Shown piece by piece: positions 47,263 to 59,742 of a stretch of DNA of 64,000 nt; position 1 is the stretch's first letter; every line of letters begins with the position of its first letter. The notes below the pieces were generated by a model. It had not been told where the DNA came from. It made no database searches and saw nothing but the letters and a program-made list of their open reading frames with translations. A program made the translations under genes and the position numbers. The DNA is from Trypanosoma brucei. Taxonomy: Eukaryota. Location of the stretch: positions 224,001 to 288,000 of the forward strand of contig CP000071.1 of the NCBI GenBank assembly GCA_000002445.1, read 5' to 3'.

Positions 47263-49336
47263 CTTTTTGAAACGGCACAGAGACTCTCCTTTTCCTCTTC
47301 TTTCTTTCTTCCTTAATTACTTTCCTTCTTTATTGTTATTATTATTACTATTGTTATTCCCGGAGTCCCCTCGAATAATATTTGCTATTCCTCTCGTATA
47401 GTGATAGCAGCGTGATATTTGTATTTTCACCTTCTTGGTTGTGATCGTGCTCCGTTCTCCGTTGCCTCCACGTATGTTCCCCTCACCGTGCTTCACTTGT
47501 GTGTAGCCCCAGTGCCGTGAGTTTGTTTGTTCGGTTGGTTTTTCTTTTCTTTTCTTTTTCGGAGCTTTCTTCTGTACAGTAAATAAAAGTTAAGATATTA
47601 TATTTGCGTAAGAGGAAAATAGAAGAAAGTCGATTCCACACCGGTAATTAGTTAGAGGACCGCACACAAATAAATGATTAAACAAATGGAAGGGGGGGTT
47701 TAATGAGACGTGCAAGACCGGTGGAATTCACAGTGAAATCCCGACAGAAACAAAAGGTGCCATCACACAAGAAACGCGGCAAAACTAAACATTAGCTTTT
47801 TTTTAAAAAAAAAAAAGGCAACCCTGCGTGACTCGATAAATGGCCTCACATAGGATCACCTTTTCTCCCTGTTTCTTCCAACTCTTTATTCTCCAACGTG
47901 CGTGCGCATGCAAACATATTATCATAGAGAACAGCAGGAAATTGAAAATGTTGCAAACATGACTCAAATTTCCGAGTTACAGTTGGAAAATGTCATGGAT
48001 TTAATTATTTCAAATTTGACGTCCTTTTTGTTTAATTTTTTCTGCTTCCCCTTCCTTTGTATTGCCTTTCATTTCTATTTATCTCCTTTCTGTCTCCCTT
48101 TTATTCTTACCATGTCGATGTAAGTTTGAATTTGTCATGAAAAATAAAATAAGACCTACGAAAGAAAATGAAAAGAAGGGGTAAAGGGGGAAAAACTGAT
48201 GAAATGCGCATAATTAAGTTTAAATATTTAACACCCTTGAAAATTGTTATTATCAATATGTCCACAGTTATAAATAATGAGTTACGGGAATCAAATACAA
48301 AGCCACACGACACTCTTCAAGCACCGATATGATAACAAAAATTGAAATAATATTGAAAAAAAATTATAGGAATGGAACCAATAATGAGGGACAAAAAAAG
48401 AAAAAGAAAAAAACAAAACAAAGAGAGATTGAAGCCCTTGGAGGCAGAAGGGGAAAAGAAAAACAATAAATAAACGAATACATGGAAAAAAAAAAAGAAA
48501 CGGGACAACACGAGTAAGGGACGAAAATGAGAAAAATGTCCCTAAAAAAAGGAAACGAAAAACAGTGGAAAAAAAACGTGAAAGAAAAATTACACAACTT
48601 TGCAGCATGAGAAAAGCAAATAATGACAATAGAAAATTTTTTAAAAGAAAAAAGGGGCTCACGCACACAGACAAAAAAAACAGTAATTAAAAAAAAAACA
48701 CTCTACAAATTCAGACGACGAAGGAAAAAAGAAAAAAAGAAAAATTTAATTGAAACGAAATTATTTGGGTAGGAGAAAGTGGCGATGCTGAAACAAAATC
48801 TGTTGCGCATGTGGAGAAAAGAGCACCATCGAAATCTTCAAAAGAAAGCAAAAAAAAAAAAGTAAACATACTTGAAAAAACGTGAAATATTTCCTATCTT
48901 GAACCTGTTCGGATATGATCCCTCTTTTATCTTTTATTTCTTTTTTTTTTTGATCCCTTCGTCCAAATCCCCATCAAGGCACAGCATTCAGCACTTCTCC
49001 TTTTTCTTTAAAAGAAAATAAACAAGCATTAACAAAAAAAAAGAAGATAAGCCAGTTGCTATAATGAATAAAATGACTAGAAACAATTTGAAAAAAAAAA
49101 GGAGAGAAGGAAAAAAAGAAATGACACCATTTATTTTTTTTTCTTTTTTGCTTAGTTTTGCTCTTTGCCTATTTTCTTCCTTCTGGTGCTCTGCACTTCT
49201 CTACCAGTCTCGCACAGAAAAAGTCATACGTTATTTTTTTTTTCCCCACCTCACCAACCTGATTTTCATCATCTAATCTGGTAGTTGGGATTGCCTACTT
49301 GCGTTTCTTCATCGTAACACACACACACACACACGC

Positions 49337-49400
49337 ACACAAGCATATTTATTTATTCATTTACTTATTTATTTATTTATTTATTTATTTATACATTTGT
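49337..49400. repeat. (CA)n followed by (ATTT)n/(TTTA)n tetranucleotide repeats.
   Basis: Seen directly: acacacacacacacacgcacac followed by catttacttatttatttatttatttatttattta. Confidence 0.85.
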
Positions 49401-52201
49401 TTACTCCTTAGACGGGACATGGCCTCGGGAACGTACACACGTATTTATTTATACGCTGCAAGCATAGGCGAAAAAAAAAACAATAATAAGCATAATAATA
49501 ATAATAATAAGTGGAAATGCAGTGGCGACAGCCACCCACCCTCTCTCCTCCCCTCCCTTCCATGGAATACAATAATAAAACATTTTATTTCCCCAACAGG
49601 TTCTCAACGATTCATTATGTTTCGTTTTTCATTTATTTATTCTTATTATTTTTTTTTGAAATTTGGTCGGTTCCCGGTTACAGCAAATGAGGAAATGAAT
49701 GAGTGAAATAACACTTCACCAAAAAAAAACATGCAGACATTTACGAGGTAACGGAGGGACCGCCACTTTTTTTTTTTCTTTCGTAAACAAAAAGAAGAAA
49801 AGAGGCGGAGCCGAATATTTGCATCCGCATTCTCTTCTTCTGTGTACACTCGACCACGTTTATAATAATGCAGTGTACATTTTTACCTTATTTTATATAA
49901 TTATTTCTTCACATTTTCCTCCGAGATTGTCATTTCCGCCACCTGCAAACAACACAAGTCACGGAATTGAAGATATTTATAAACGCTTGAAGGTGGTGAG
50001 GAACAAAATGAATTGATATCAAAAAAACAAAACAAAAATTGGAAACCGTAAGAAGCATATGACAGCGAGGAATTAAAGTGCAACAGAAAATGAAATATAA
50101 TTATAAAAATGATAACAACAATAATAATAATAATAACAGTGATAACACCAAATATATAATAATAATAATAATAATAATGAAAATGAAAATAAGCGAACAA
50201 AACAATGCAATGATGTGAAGAGAACACACTGAAAGAAGAAGGTATGGGTATTGACGAGATGTGATGTGTTAGAGGGGAAAGTGAGAGAGATGAAATATAA
50301 TTTCAAAGAAAAAAGGAATTAAAAAGAATCAAGTAATATACCTTTTTCTTCTTTAATTTCTCTTTACCTCTTATATTGGTGCTTCTTCGATTCCCTTTAT
50401 TATTTTTTTTCTTTCGGTTTATTGTGAGTGTAGAGAAAAAAAAATTGGAGTGGCACCAAATCAGCACCGAAAGATCCAACGGTAGTTGGAGTTAAGAGCA
50501 AAACATAACATAACATTTATAATAATAATAATAGAAAAAAACACTCCATCTGTAAGAAAAATTTCTACACCCCTTACAAAAAACATCATTCAGAACAAAA
50601 AAGAAAAAAAAGCGAAATAATATTTTCAAGTAACTTTTTACTTATCTCTTTCCTGACTCACCATATGGCATATGATTGCCGCAGTGGAAAGAAACAAAAA
50701 AAACAAAAAAAGGCGAGTGGGAAGAGGGAGCACGCATCTAAAAATATATTTTTCTTAATAAAAAAAAAATTCATATCATTAATTGTTGTTTTTATATAGT
50801 TATTTGTATTTACAACAGAAACAACAGCATCAAAATCAGTAAAAGAAATGGAAGCGGCGCATTACTGGTCGGTGGCATTATAATAATATGATGAAGGTGG
50901 GGGGAAAATAAAAACGAGGAACGCCTAATCATTTCTAAAATTACTTTATCATTGGAAAATTAGAGACAATGGAGTAGAAATGAAATGAAATTCAAATGTC
51001 ACACCCATTTTTTTTTACTTATATTACCCACTCATAAAATAAAAAGGGTAAAAATAAAATAAAGTCCCCCGTTTCCGGTAGCGTTAACTCCCTCGACAAC
51101 CCTTGCAATTTAATATAATCAAAGCAGGAAAAAAAAAAAAGAGAAACAAAAATGTGTTTGTAAGTAAATATTTCATCGGCCGCTAGGCTTTTCTCCTTCC
51201 TTCTTTTTTTTTCGTTTCTTCCTTCCATCGTTTCCTTCTCCTTTTCAGGTACGTGGAGCAGTGGTATGAAGGGCCGGAAATAAAAATGTACGGAATAAAT
51301 ATAAAAGGGAGAAAAGAAAGAACAAAACAAAGAGCATGACGAGACCAAACCGTTTTACGCTTACATAAACAAAAACAAAGTCAAAAAAAGAAACATGCCA
51401 TTTAGCTGTTAGCTTGTTTCTGCTCGGCAGTCGTGCTTTTTATATATTTCTTATTTATTTATCTCCCGCTTCACAAGTTTGAGAGAATACAAAATGAAAT
51501 TAGGGCATCAATAAAAACAAAAAAATCATACTTTAAAAAAGACTGCAACAGCAACACATGGGGGAGAGATTAAAACATTTATTTTTATCTAAACATTTGC
51601 TTTAATTATATTTTATGTAAAATTGCACACGCGTGTGTAATATGTCCCCTCTTTTTTCTATTTTTCCCCCTTTCTTTGCCCGCTTCGTCACTCCAAATGA
51701 CTAACGGCATGAAAAGGAAACGAAACAGAAGAAGTACACTTATAATATTTACTTTTTAGTATTTAATTATCTTTTCATTGTTTATTTTTTTTTTTCCTTT
51801 CCCCCTTCCGTATTCTCCATTTAATATTTTGATACATAAGAATAATGACGCCAAAACAGACGAAAAAAAAATCTGACGACGACATCATAACATTCATCAC
51901 TTTATTATCATATCAGTAATAGAAGTAATGGCAGAAGCAGAAGTGATTGTAATTTCTTTCAATACTTAACGAAAAAAAAAAAAGTAACAATGGCACAATC
52001 AGCACACTCGCTTTCCATTGTCCTTTTTTATTTGTTTTTTTTTTTGGTTCCTTGATAGTCGCGTTTATTCGTTCAGTTTTGGGTTTTCATTTTATTCTCC
52101 AAAACAAAAAGAAAAGCACACATGCACCCGTGTGGAATAAAAACAAGAAACAAAAGAATTAATTAATTAATGACTTCAACTTTCATATTTGAGAAACACA
52201 G

Positions 52202-52245
52202 ACACACACACACATACACACAACATATATATATATATATATATA
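52202..52245. repeat. Compound (CA)n(AT)n microsatellite.
   Basis: Seen directly. Confidence 0.9.
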
Positions 52246-55200
52246 GCATGAATGAAATGAGTTGAACAAATGAAAGAGCACATGAGAGGAAACACGAAAC
52301 ACAATAAAAACATATATTTATTTGTTTATTTAAAATGCCTACGCGGGTGTGTGCCCTTTTCTTCTTGGACTTTGTTCCTTCGTTACTTTCAAAAAAAACG
52401 TTAAAAACATCCGCTGATTGTTATTGATTTTTTTTTGCATCTTTCCTTCAACCCACTGGAAAATTGATACGATTATACCCCACCGTCTTTATTTTCGTCC
52501 CTTCAACTCTCTTTAAAATACAATGAATATTGGAGTGAACACGAAAAGAGGAGTAAAGCAGAAGAAAAAAACAAAGATGAAAAATTAGGGAAATACAAGG
52601 ACAAAAGGAACACACAACAAAAATAATAGTAACAATAATTATCGGAATAAAGCAATAAATAAGACAGCAACAACAACAACAATATTATTAAATAATAATA
52701 ATAGTAATAGTCAATAACAATCATCTTAATAATAATAATAAACGAACGAATAAAATGGAAAGTAAAGGGAAGACACAGAGAGAGAGAGAGAAAAGAAGAG
52801 ACAAAAAAGAGGGGAAAAGTGATGGAGCTCCATGGCTAAACCACTTACACTCAAGTAAATATTTACTAAATTATTCATTAATAATAATATATACGTTTAT
52901 ATTTATCTACACTTATCCAACACTTACTTATTTCTTGTCTTCTTTTCCTTATTTGGATTTTACTTTGTTTTATCAGTTGTTTCTCTTTTGTTTTTAAAAA
53001 AAATGGTGTAATCCCAAGCAGTCTCTCATGCTATTTCGTCCTCTTTTTCTAATTTTTCTCTTCTCTTCTCTCTTTCTTATTTTTTTTTCTTACAATTTAT
53101 GCCATACATGATTAAATATATTGAATAGGTAAATACATGGTTATATTGTACACATGTTTTATACGCGCAGTATCATCTTTATATTTGTCTGTTTGTTTTT
53201 TTTTTTAGGTTCTGCTCAAATACAAAGAAAACAGGAGCGACGGGGTATTATATACCTCTTCTTCTTTTTGTAACCCTCTTGGCTTTTTTTTTTTAATGCA
53301 CGTTAATTCCTCAACCCCTCTCTTGTTGCTTGTGTTGTTGTTTTTCATCTTTTACATTTGTGAATGTAATGAAATGGATAACAATAATATTAAACAATAT
53401 TATTCAATCAAATAAGATAAAGCTTATACACACGGAGAGGCAACAGACAAAAAAGAAAAAAAAGAAAAACTGTCATAACCCTCCCTTCCTCCGCTCGAAT
53501 CTTTTGAACAAAACGAACCAAAAGAAAAAACAAAAAACGAATATAAAATGAATCAAAACACGAGCTGAGAAATTTAGAACACACGCGCAAAATGAAAAAC
53601 AGCAGAGCATAAGAAAAACAATAAAGGAGAAAAACGGAGGAAAAATTAATGTTAAGGTGAAGTGGAAGGAAAGGAAAAAAAACATATGAAGCAACAAAAG
53701 GGAGATTGGGGCAAAAAAAAATCAAAAAAACACAAGAAGCATTCAAAAGAAAAGCACATTATAAACTAATCAATTGATTACTGTTAAAAACAGACCAATC
53801 AAATCAGCATGGGCGCACATTTATACATAAATATAACAACATCATAACATTCATATATATGTTTATGTGCATATATTTTCACGTTTATATATATTTGTAT
53901 TTATATTTAAACATTTATTCGTGAGGAATTTTATATACTTCCCAGGTATCGCTCACATTCTCTTTTCGTCCTTCATCTATTTAGTTTGTTTCTTTTGTTT
54001 TATTACTGTTTTATTACTACTATTATTATTGCTTTTATTGTTATCTTGTTTTCATTGGTTTTTGTTGCCTCGGTCTCGTTTCATTTTGTCTTTTTTTTTT
54101 TCATTGCGGTTTCATTTACGTCAATCTATCTTCAACTTCGACGGTATTAACCGAGCGGCTACGAGAATATTCATGAGAATACAAAACATATATATATATA
54201 TATTATTTATTTAATTTAATTTAATTAATACGAAATAGGGTAAGATTAGGTAAATACAAATAAGATGAGTGAGTGTGATGGCCACTTCTGTATTTTTGCC
54301 TTTTTGTTTGTTTGCTTGTTTGTTTGTTTTTTTTTATTTTTTCCGTTTTCTTTTTATTTGCTTTGTTTTCTTTTCAGTTTGGTACCAATAAGGGAGAGAG
54401 AGAAAAAGAAACAACAAAATTAAAACTCCACAAACGAAAACGTTTGGATAGGAAAAGAAAGGACAAAAGGTTTTATAAGGAAAAAAAAACGATTATTTTA
54501 AGTAGAGAACGGCACACAAAAACAAAAGGGTGAAAAAGATAAGAAGAAAGGTAAAATATCATCGACTGGGTCGTTTTTTTTCTTTTCATTATTTATCAAT
54601 CGGGTTGTGTCTGTTTGGTGTTTGAAAATTTTTTAAATTTGTGTTTAATTCATTTGTTTCGTTTCTGCTTTTTTTAAAGAAAGAATCAACAATCAAACAA
54701 AAACGGCGTCGGCAAATAAAAAGAAACGGAAAGATAACAACAAGTATCGTAGACTAATTTTATATATTTATAAATATCCATACAAATATAGTGCTATATT
54801 AATATATATATATTTATTTATTTATTTATTTTGTTTCATTTAAATGTAAAAAGAAAAAAGAAGATTGAAACAAAAACGGAGGAAGGGAGGGAAACATATA
54901 ATCAATCAACAAGGGGTAAATAAGAAAAAAAACAAAAAAGAAATTGGCGGCAATGTTTTCCCTTTGCGTTGCTGTTGTTGTTCTTGGTCGTTTTTTTTTT
55001 GCTTTTACTTTGCTTACTTTAAAGCTGCTTTTTTAAAAAATCAATACAAAGCCCCCCCCCGGCCCCAAACATTTTGCTTCGCCTCATTTTATAATTCCCC
55101 AATTAGTTGCACATTTCATTTATTTGTACAACACCGACAAGAGCGCAAAGGAAGTGAGAGCGGGAGAGGAAAAAAAAGAAAAGGAAAAAGAAAAAGAAAA

Positions 55201-55945
55201 AACAATACGGGGAAACAAAAAGTGACACATCACGCCTCGACAATATTAGTCATGAAATAATATTTGTATTTCTCGTTCATACTCCTCCTTCGATACCTTT
55301 TTTTTTTTTTCCCCCTCCCGCTTCTTTCTCATTTTCATATTCATTCCCATTTCCCTTTCTTCCATCTTCCTTTCTCTATCACTCTCCCCATTTTATTTAT
55401 AATTATATAAATAAATATATACATATATATATATATATATATTTATTCTTTCCAACTTTGTATGCTCTTACAAACACAAATACGCACAAATATATTTATA
55501 TATGTATTTATATTCATATAAATATATAAATGTGAATGTACATACCTGTGTGCAATTGAATGATTGGCGGAATATACATATATTTATTTATATTATTATT
55601 TTTAGTGCATTTGCAGCACGAGGTCAATTGCTCCTCTTCCTCATCGTCATCATCGTCGTTATTCATCTTCATTTTCTTTTCTTTCCTTCTTTATTCCTCC
55701 ACCACTACCTTTCCCATGCCTACCCTCGCCTTCCCCTCTTTATTCTTACCACCATTATAATAATATAACGCAACATAACATAAAATAACATATCATATAA
55801 TTATTATTTATTTAATATCATTAGTCAGTTTATCAATTGGCATTTGTTATTACTTGATACTTGGCATCATTTGGTGTCGTTTGGTGTTGTTGTTGCTGCT
55901 GCTGTTTTTTTTTCATTTTTTACTTTTTGCTTTTTTTGTGTACCA

Positions 55946-55966
55946 ACACACACACACACACACACA
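55946..55966. repeat. (CA)n microsatellite, followed by (TA)n-rich sequence to about 56060.
   Basis: Seen directly. Confidence 0.9.
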
Positions 55967-56031
55967 TATATACATATATATATCTAAAGATATATATATA
56001 TTACTGAAATCAATTAAATACATCTACTTCA

Positions 56032-56063
<32 letters not shown>

Positions 56064-59000
56064 ACGTGTCTGTATGTGTATTTCTACTTCATTTAATTAT
56101 TCTTTTTGTCGTTTGCTTTTTTATTTTATTTTATTTCCCCCTTCTTCCTCTTTAATATTGTGGTCACTACTGCTACTTTGTGTCACTGCTTCACCTCCCA
56201 CCCTCCGCTGCGTAATATATATATATATTTATTTATTTATATTAGTTCATCAATAGTTAAACTTATTTCAATTAATTTAATATTTTATTCCTTTTTCCTT
56301 TTCTTCCTCCTCTCTTATTAATTTATCCACATATTTTTGTACTTTCCTCCCGCATTCTTTATCTTCCTTCTTTTTTTTTCTTTTTTTTTTTTAGTTACCT
56401 CTTCCGATATCTCAATCGTACAAAAACAAAAAATGTTTTCTGCGGAAGAAAAAGAAAAACAGTACAAAATCGCTGGAGAATGGAAGCAATTAACGAATAT
56501 ATAAATATAAATATAAATATGTGAAATATAAATCGAAACGAAGGGATGGAGTGGAGTGGAGTGGAATGAAATGAAGTGGTGAAAAAAAAAAAAAAAGATG
56601 TTCGGACAAAACAAAAAAATGGAGAGAAATTTTTTATTAAAAGGAAAAAAAAGAAAAAAGAAGGTGGAAAAAGGCAACAAGCACTTCACAGGAAAATAAA
56701 ACAAATATGTGCATATGCAAAAAAAAAAACAACATTAAGGGAAGGAAAATAATAATAATAATAATAATAATAACAAGGATGATAAAAGAAAAAAAATGAT
56801 TTGCGCCCTTCTTCAATTACAACTATCCACCGGAAAAAAAACACACACACCACAACATTAATGTAAGTTATGTGTAAATAAATATATTTAAATATATTTA
56901 CTTATTTATTTCATTCGTTGAAATGCACTCGCTTAGAAATAATATACCGACTCCTATTAGTTAGTGTAAGTGAGCAGTCAATGATGTGATGATCGTGTTG
57001 GAATTTTATTAAATTAAAAAAAAAGAAAAAAAGAAATGATGAAACAAAAACCAAAAGAATGATAAACATTTAAATATTTATAATATATTAAGGTGTGTTT
57101 GTGTGTTTGAATGAGTGAATAAGTGAATGAGAAAGTCAACAAATGGAAATATTCCCCTTATATATATATATATATATTCTTTTTACTTTTTATTAAAATT
57201 CCATTCACCATTCCGCCCTCTCCCACACATACACTCAACCACGCACTTACATGGAATGCACCGCGTTATACAAATACATTTTAAAAAAAAAAAATTTATT
57301 TATAAAATATATAAATTGCGTATGCACCATATCAGTGCGTGAAGAAACCATGATGGCAACTCAACACTGTTGGCAGCTTGATCTGAGACAGAGAAACAAA
57401 ACACACAACAAAAAGAAAAAAAAAGGAAACTGAGTTACAGAGTAGAAACAAAATAAAATAAAAAAAGGGGGAAAAGCACAAGAAACACTATTGACAAGCA
57501 GCCCACCTTGTACTTAAATACAAGTGCATGCACTTATTCACTTATATATTTATTAATATTTAATTCTTAACGTATATACATTTTTACATATACCCTTCCG
57601 TTACATTGCGTTAACAATCATATTACAAATCCCTTCAGTACCCAAATTCCCTTGACTTTTATTCTATCTCTTCTTTCTCTTTTTCTTTTTTTTTTAAAAA
57701 AAAGGATTTTTTTTTCTTCATTTTCTTTTGTTTTTCTATTTTATTTTATTGTTCCTTTACAATTTTTGTTCGTGTTTAATTTCCCCTTTCCTCCCAATAC
57801 ATTTATTTAGACACAAACACACAAGCGGAAACAATTTTAAGACATTGCAACACAAATATAATTTACACACATACATTGAGATGGAAATGAAATGGGGACG
57901 TAAATTAATTATTTTATTTTTTTTCAAAAAAGGAAAGTGGAACCGAGTGGAGTTTATTTGAATGAGAGAAAAAAAATTTAAAGAAAAAAAACACACAAAA
58001 AAAACTAACAAAGACGGGAAAAGGAAACAGGGGAAAAAAAAAAGCAGCAGCAGCAGCAAGAGGTGAAGCAGTGAAAATAAAAATACAACAACAAAATCGC
58101 AACAATAACAGGAAAAAAAAACAAACAAGAATAATAAGAAAAAAAAAACATTTACGGATAAGTAATGGAAAACAAAGAAAAAAAAATTATAAAAGAGCAC
58201 AAGAAAAGACAAGAGAGAGAGAGAGAGGGAAAGAAAAAAAAACAGTTAAAAAACAAATAAATAAATAATAATAATAATAACACAAACGCAAAAAACAGAG
58301 ACGAAGTAAAAAAAAGAAAAAGAAAGAAAAAGAGGAAAGCTTAAAGCAGGCATGTTAAAAATATAAGAAAAGAGCGGAATGGAGTGAAATGGAATGGGAA
58401 CAGAAGGAAGAATCGTGCTTTTATTTCTTTTAGTTGTTGTTGTTGTTTTCTTTTCTTTTTTTTTTGCATGCAACTTTTTATTTATTTGTTCGATTGTTTA
58501 ATTTAGTTCATTTCTTCTTTTAAAAAAAAATGATTCGTTTTCCTTCTTTTTCTTTCATTGGTGTTTTATTTTTGCTTTGTTTTTTTTTGTTATTATTTTT
58601 TTTAACTATTTTTTGTTCTCCCATTGCATTTTCTTTAGGTTGTGAAGTGTGACGGTGGTTACGAATGGTAAAGGGAAAAAAAGGGGGAAAAGAAAGAAAG
58701 AAAGAAAAAGAAAAATGAGGGAGAAGATAAGCAAAAAGTATTTTTCTTTTTTTTTTAAAAAAAAACAAAAGTAAAAGTAAAAGAAGGAGCAATATATCAC
58801 AAATTTCTCTGTTGTTCTTTTTTTTTCTTTTTTTTCCCCCTCTTTTCCCCTTTTTTTTTTCTGTTTCTCTTTGCTTTTATTTTTATCTCACCTTTTTTAT
58901 TTACGCCCCACCCCCCATTCCCACGTAAACACACCGTTATGTTTCATTTCAACAATCTTTCAAAAGGGAACTCCAACAGGAAGAATAATAAAGATAATAA

Positions 59001-59742
59001 AGATAATGAAAAAGAGGAAGAGGAGCAAAAGCCCACGCAGCCCTGATAAAACAGCAGGTAAACGGGGGGGGAAAAAAAGGAGCAACATCAAAAAAAAAAA
59101 GAAAGAAATCAAAATAGGAACGTGAAAAATAAATAAATAATAATAATAATAATAAAACAAAAATAGTGATCGACAGTTATGTCAAACACATAGGGATTAG
59201 TAGATAAGACAACTTAAAAGAAAAGGAAAATGGAAACCGCCAGAAAATGAAAAAAAGGAAAAGATATAAAGTCAAATATAAAAAAAAAAGGAAACAAATG
59301 TCAAAGGAAAATGACGTGCGTCAAGCGAAACATTGGCCCACTACCAATAACACCCTCTTGGTTCTACAGGTTATGGGGAAGAAAAACAATAAACGAACAA
59401 GATAAGCAATAAAGGAAAAGAACAAAAAAAAACGAAAAACGAAAAGAACCCAGTCGGGTGGAGGAAACAGGAATAAACAAGAACGTAGGAGAAAACGAAA
59501 ACGAAAGTAAAGAAAATAATAAAGCAGATGCTCCTCCTGTCGCGGCAACGAGGAAACATCCATATCATGTCCCCTTCGGAACACTCTCGGGGGGGAATAC
59601 AAACGGAAACTCTCATATTTATGCGCAATCTCCAAAATGAAAACTTCCACTCTAACTTCTTGTTCGGTCGATTGGTTTTACTCCTCGTCAGGCTCATGTC
59701 CGTGTAACGTAACAGGTATTAAAATTGGAGAAGGAAAAGAGT

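Larger units (their letters stand above)
47263..59742. other. A 12.5-kb simple-sequence, AT-rich intergenic block with no credible protein-coding ORF.
   Basis: Every track ORF in this span is 151 aa or shorter, is low-complexity (poly-F/L/K/N/Y from homopolymer, TA and AAT runs), or is mirrored on both strands. The sequence consists of poly-A/T runs, (TA)n, (CA)n, (ATTT)n, (TTTG)n, (AAT)n and (GCA)n, with a few more complex islands (47400-48000, 49400-49860, 51230-51440). Confidence 0.7.

Noticed and set aside
47263-59742. Centromere in the gene desert.
   Set aside because: T. brucei centromeres are long arrays of a defined AT-rich unit (about 147 bp on several chromosomes), often flanked by retroelements. 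I could see only short microsatellites and homopolymers, with no longer-period tandem unit and no retroelement remnant. I cannot run an autocorrelation or TRF scan, so this stays open but unsupported.
47263-59742. Low-complexity ORFs in the desert as genes (for example 49299..49706, 53408..53746, 57757..58212, 56318..56704).
   Set aside because: All of them are translations of homopolymer, TA, AAT or CTT runs (poly-F/L/K/Y/I/N). Equivalent ORFs occur on both strands and none has any domain-like composition.
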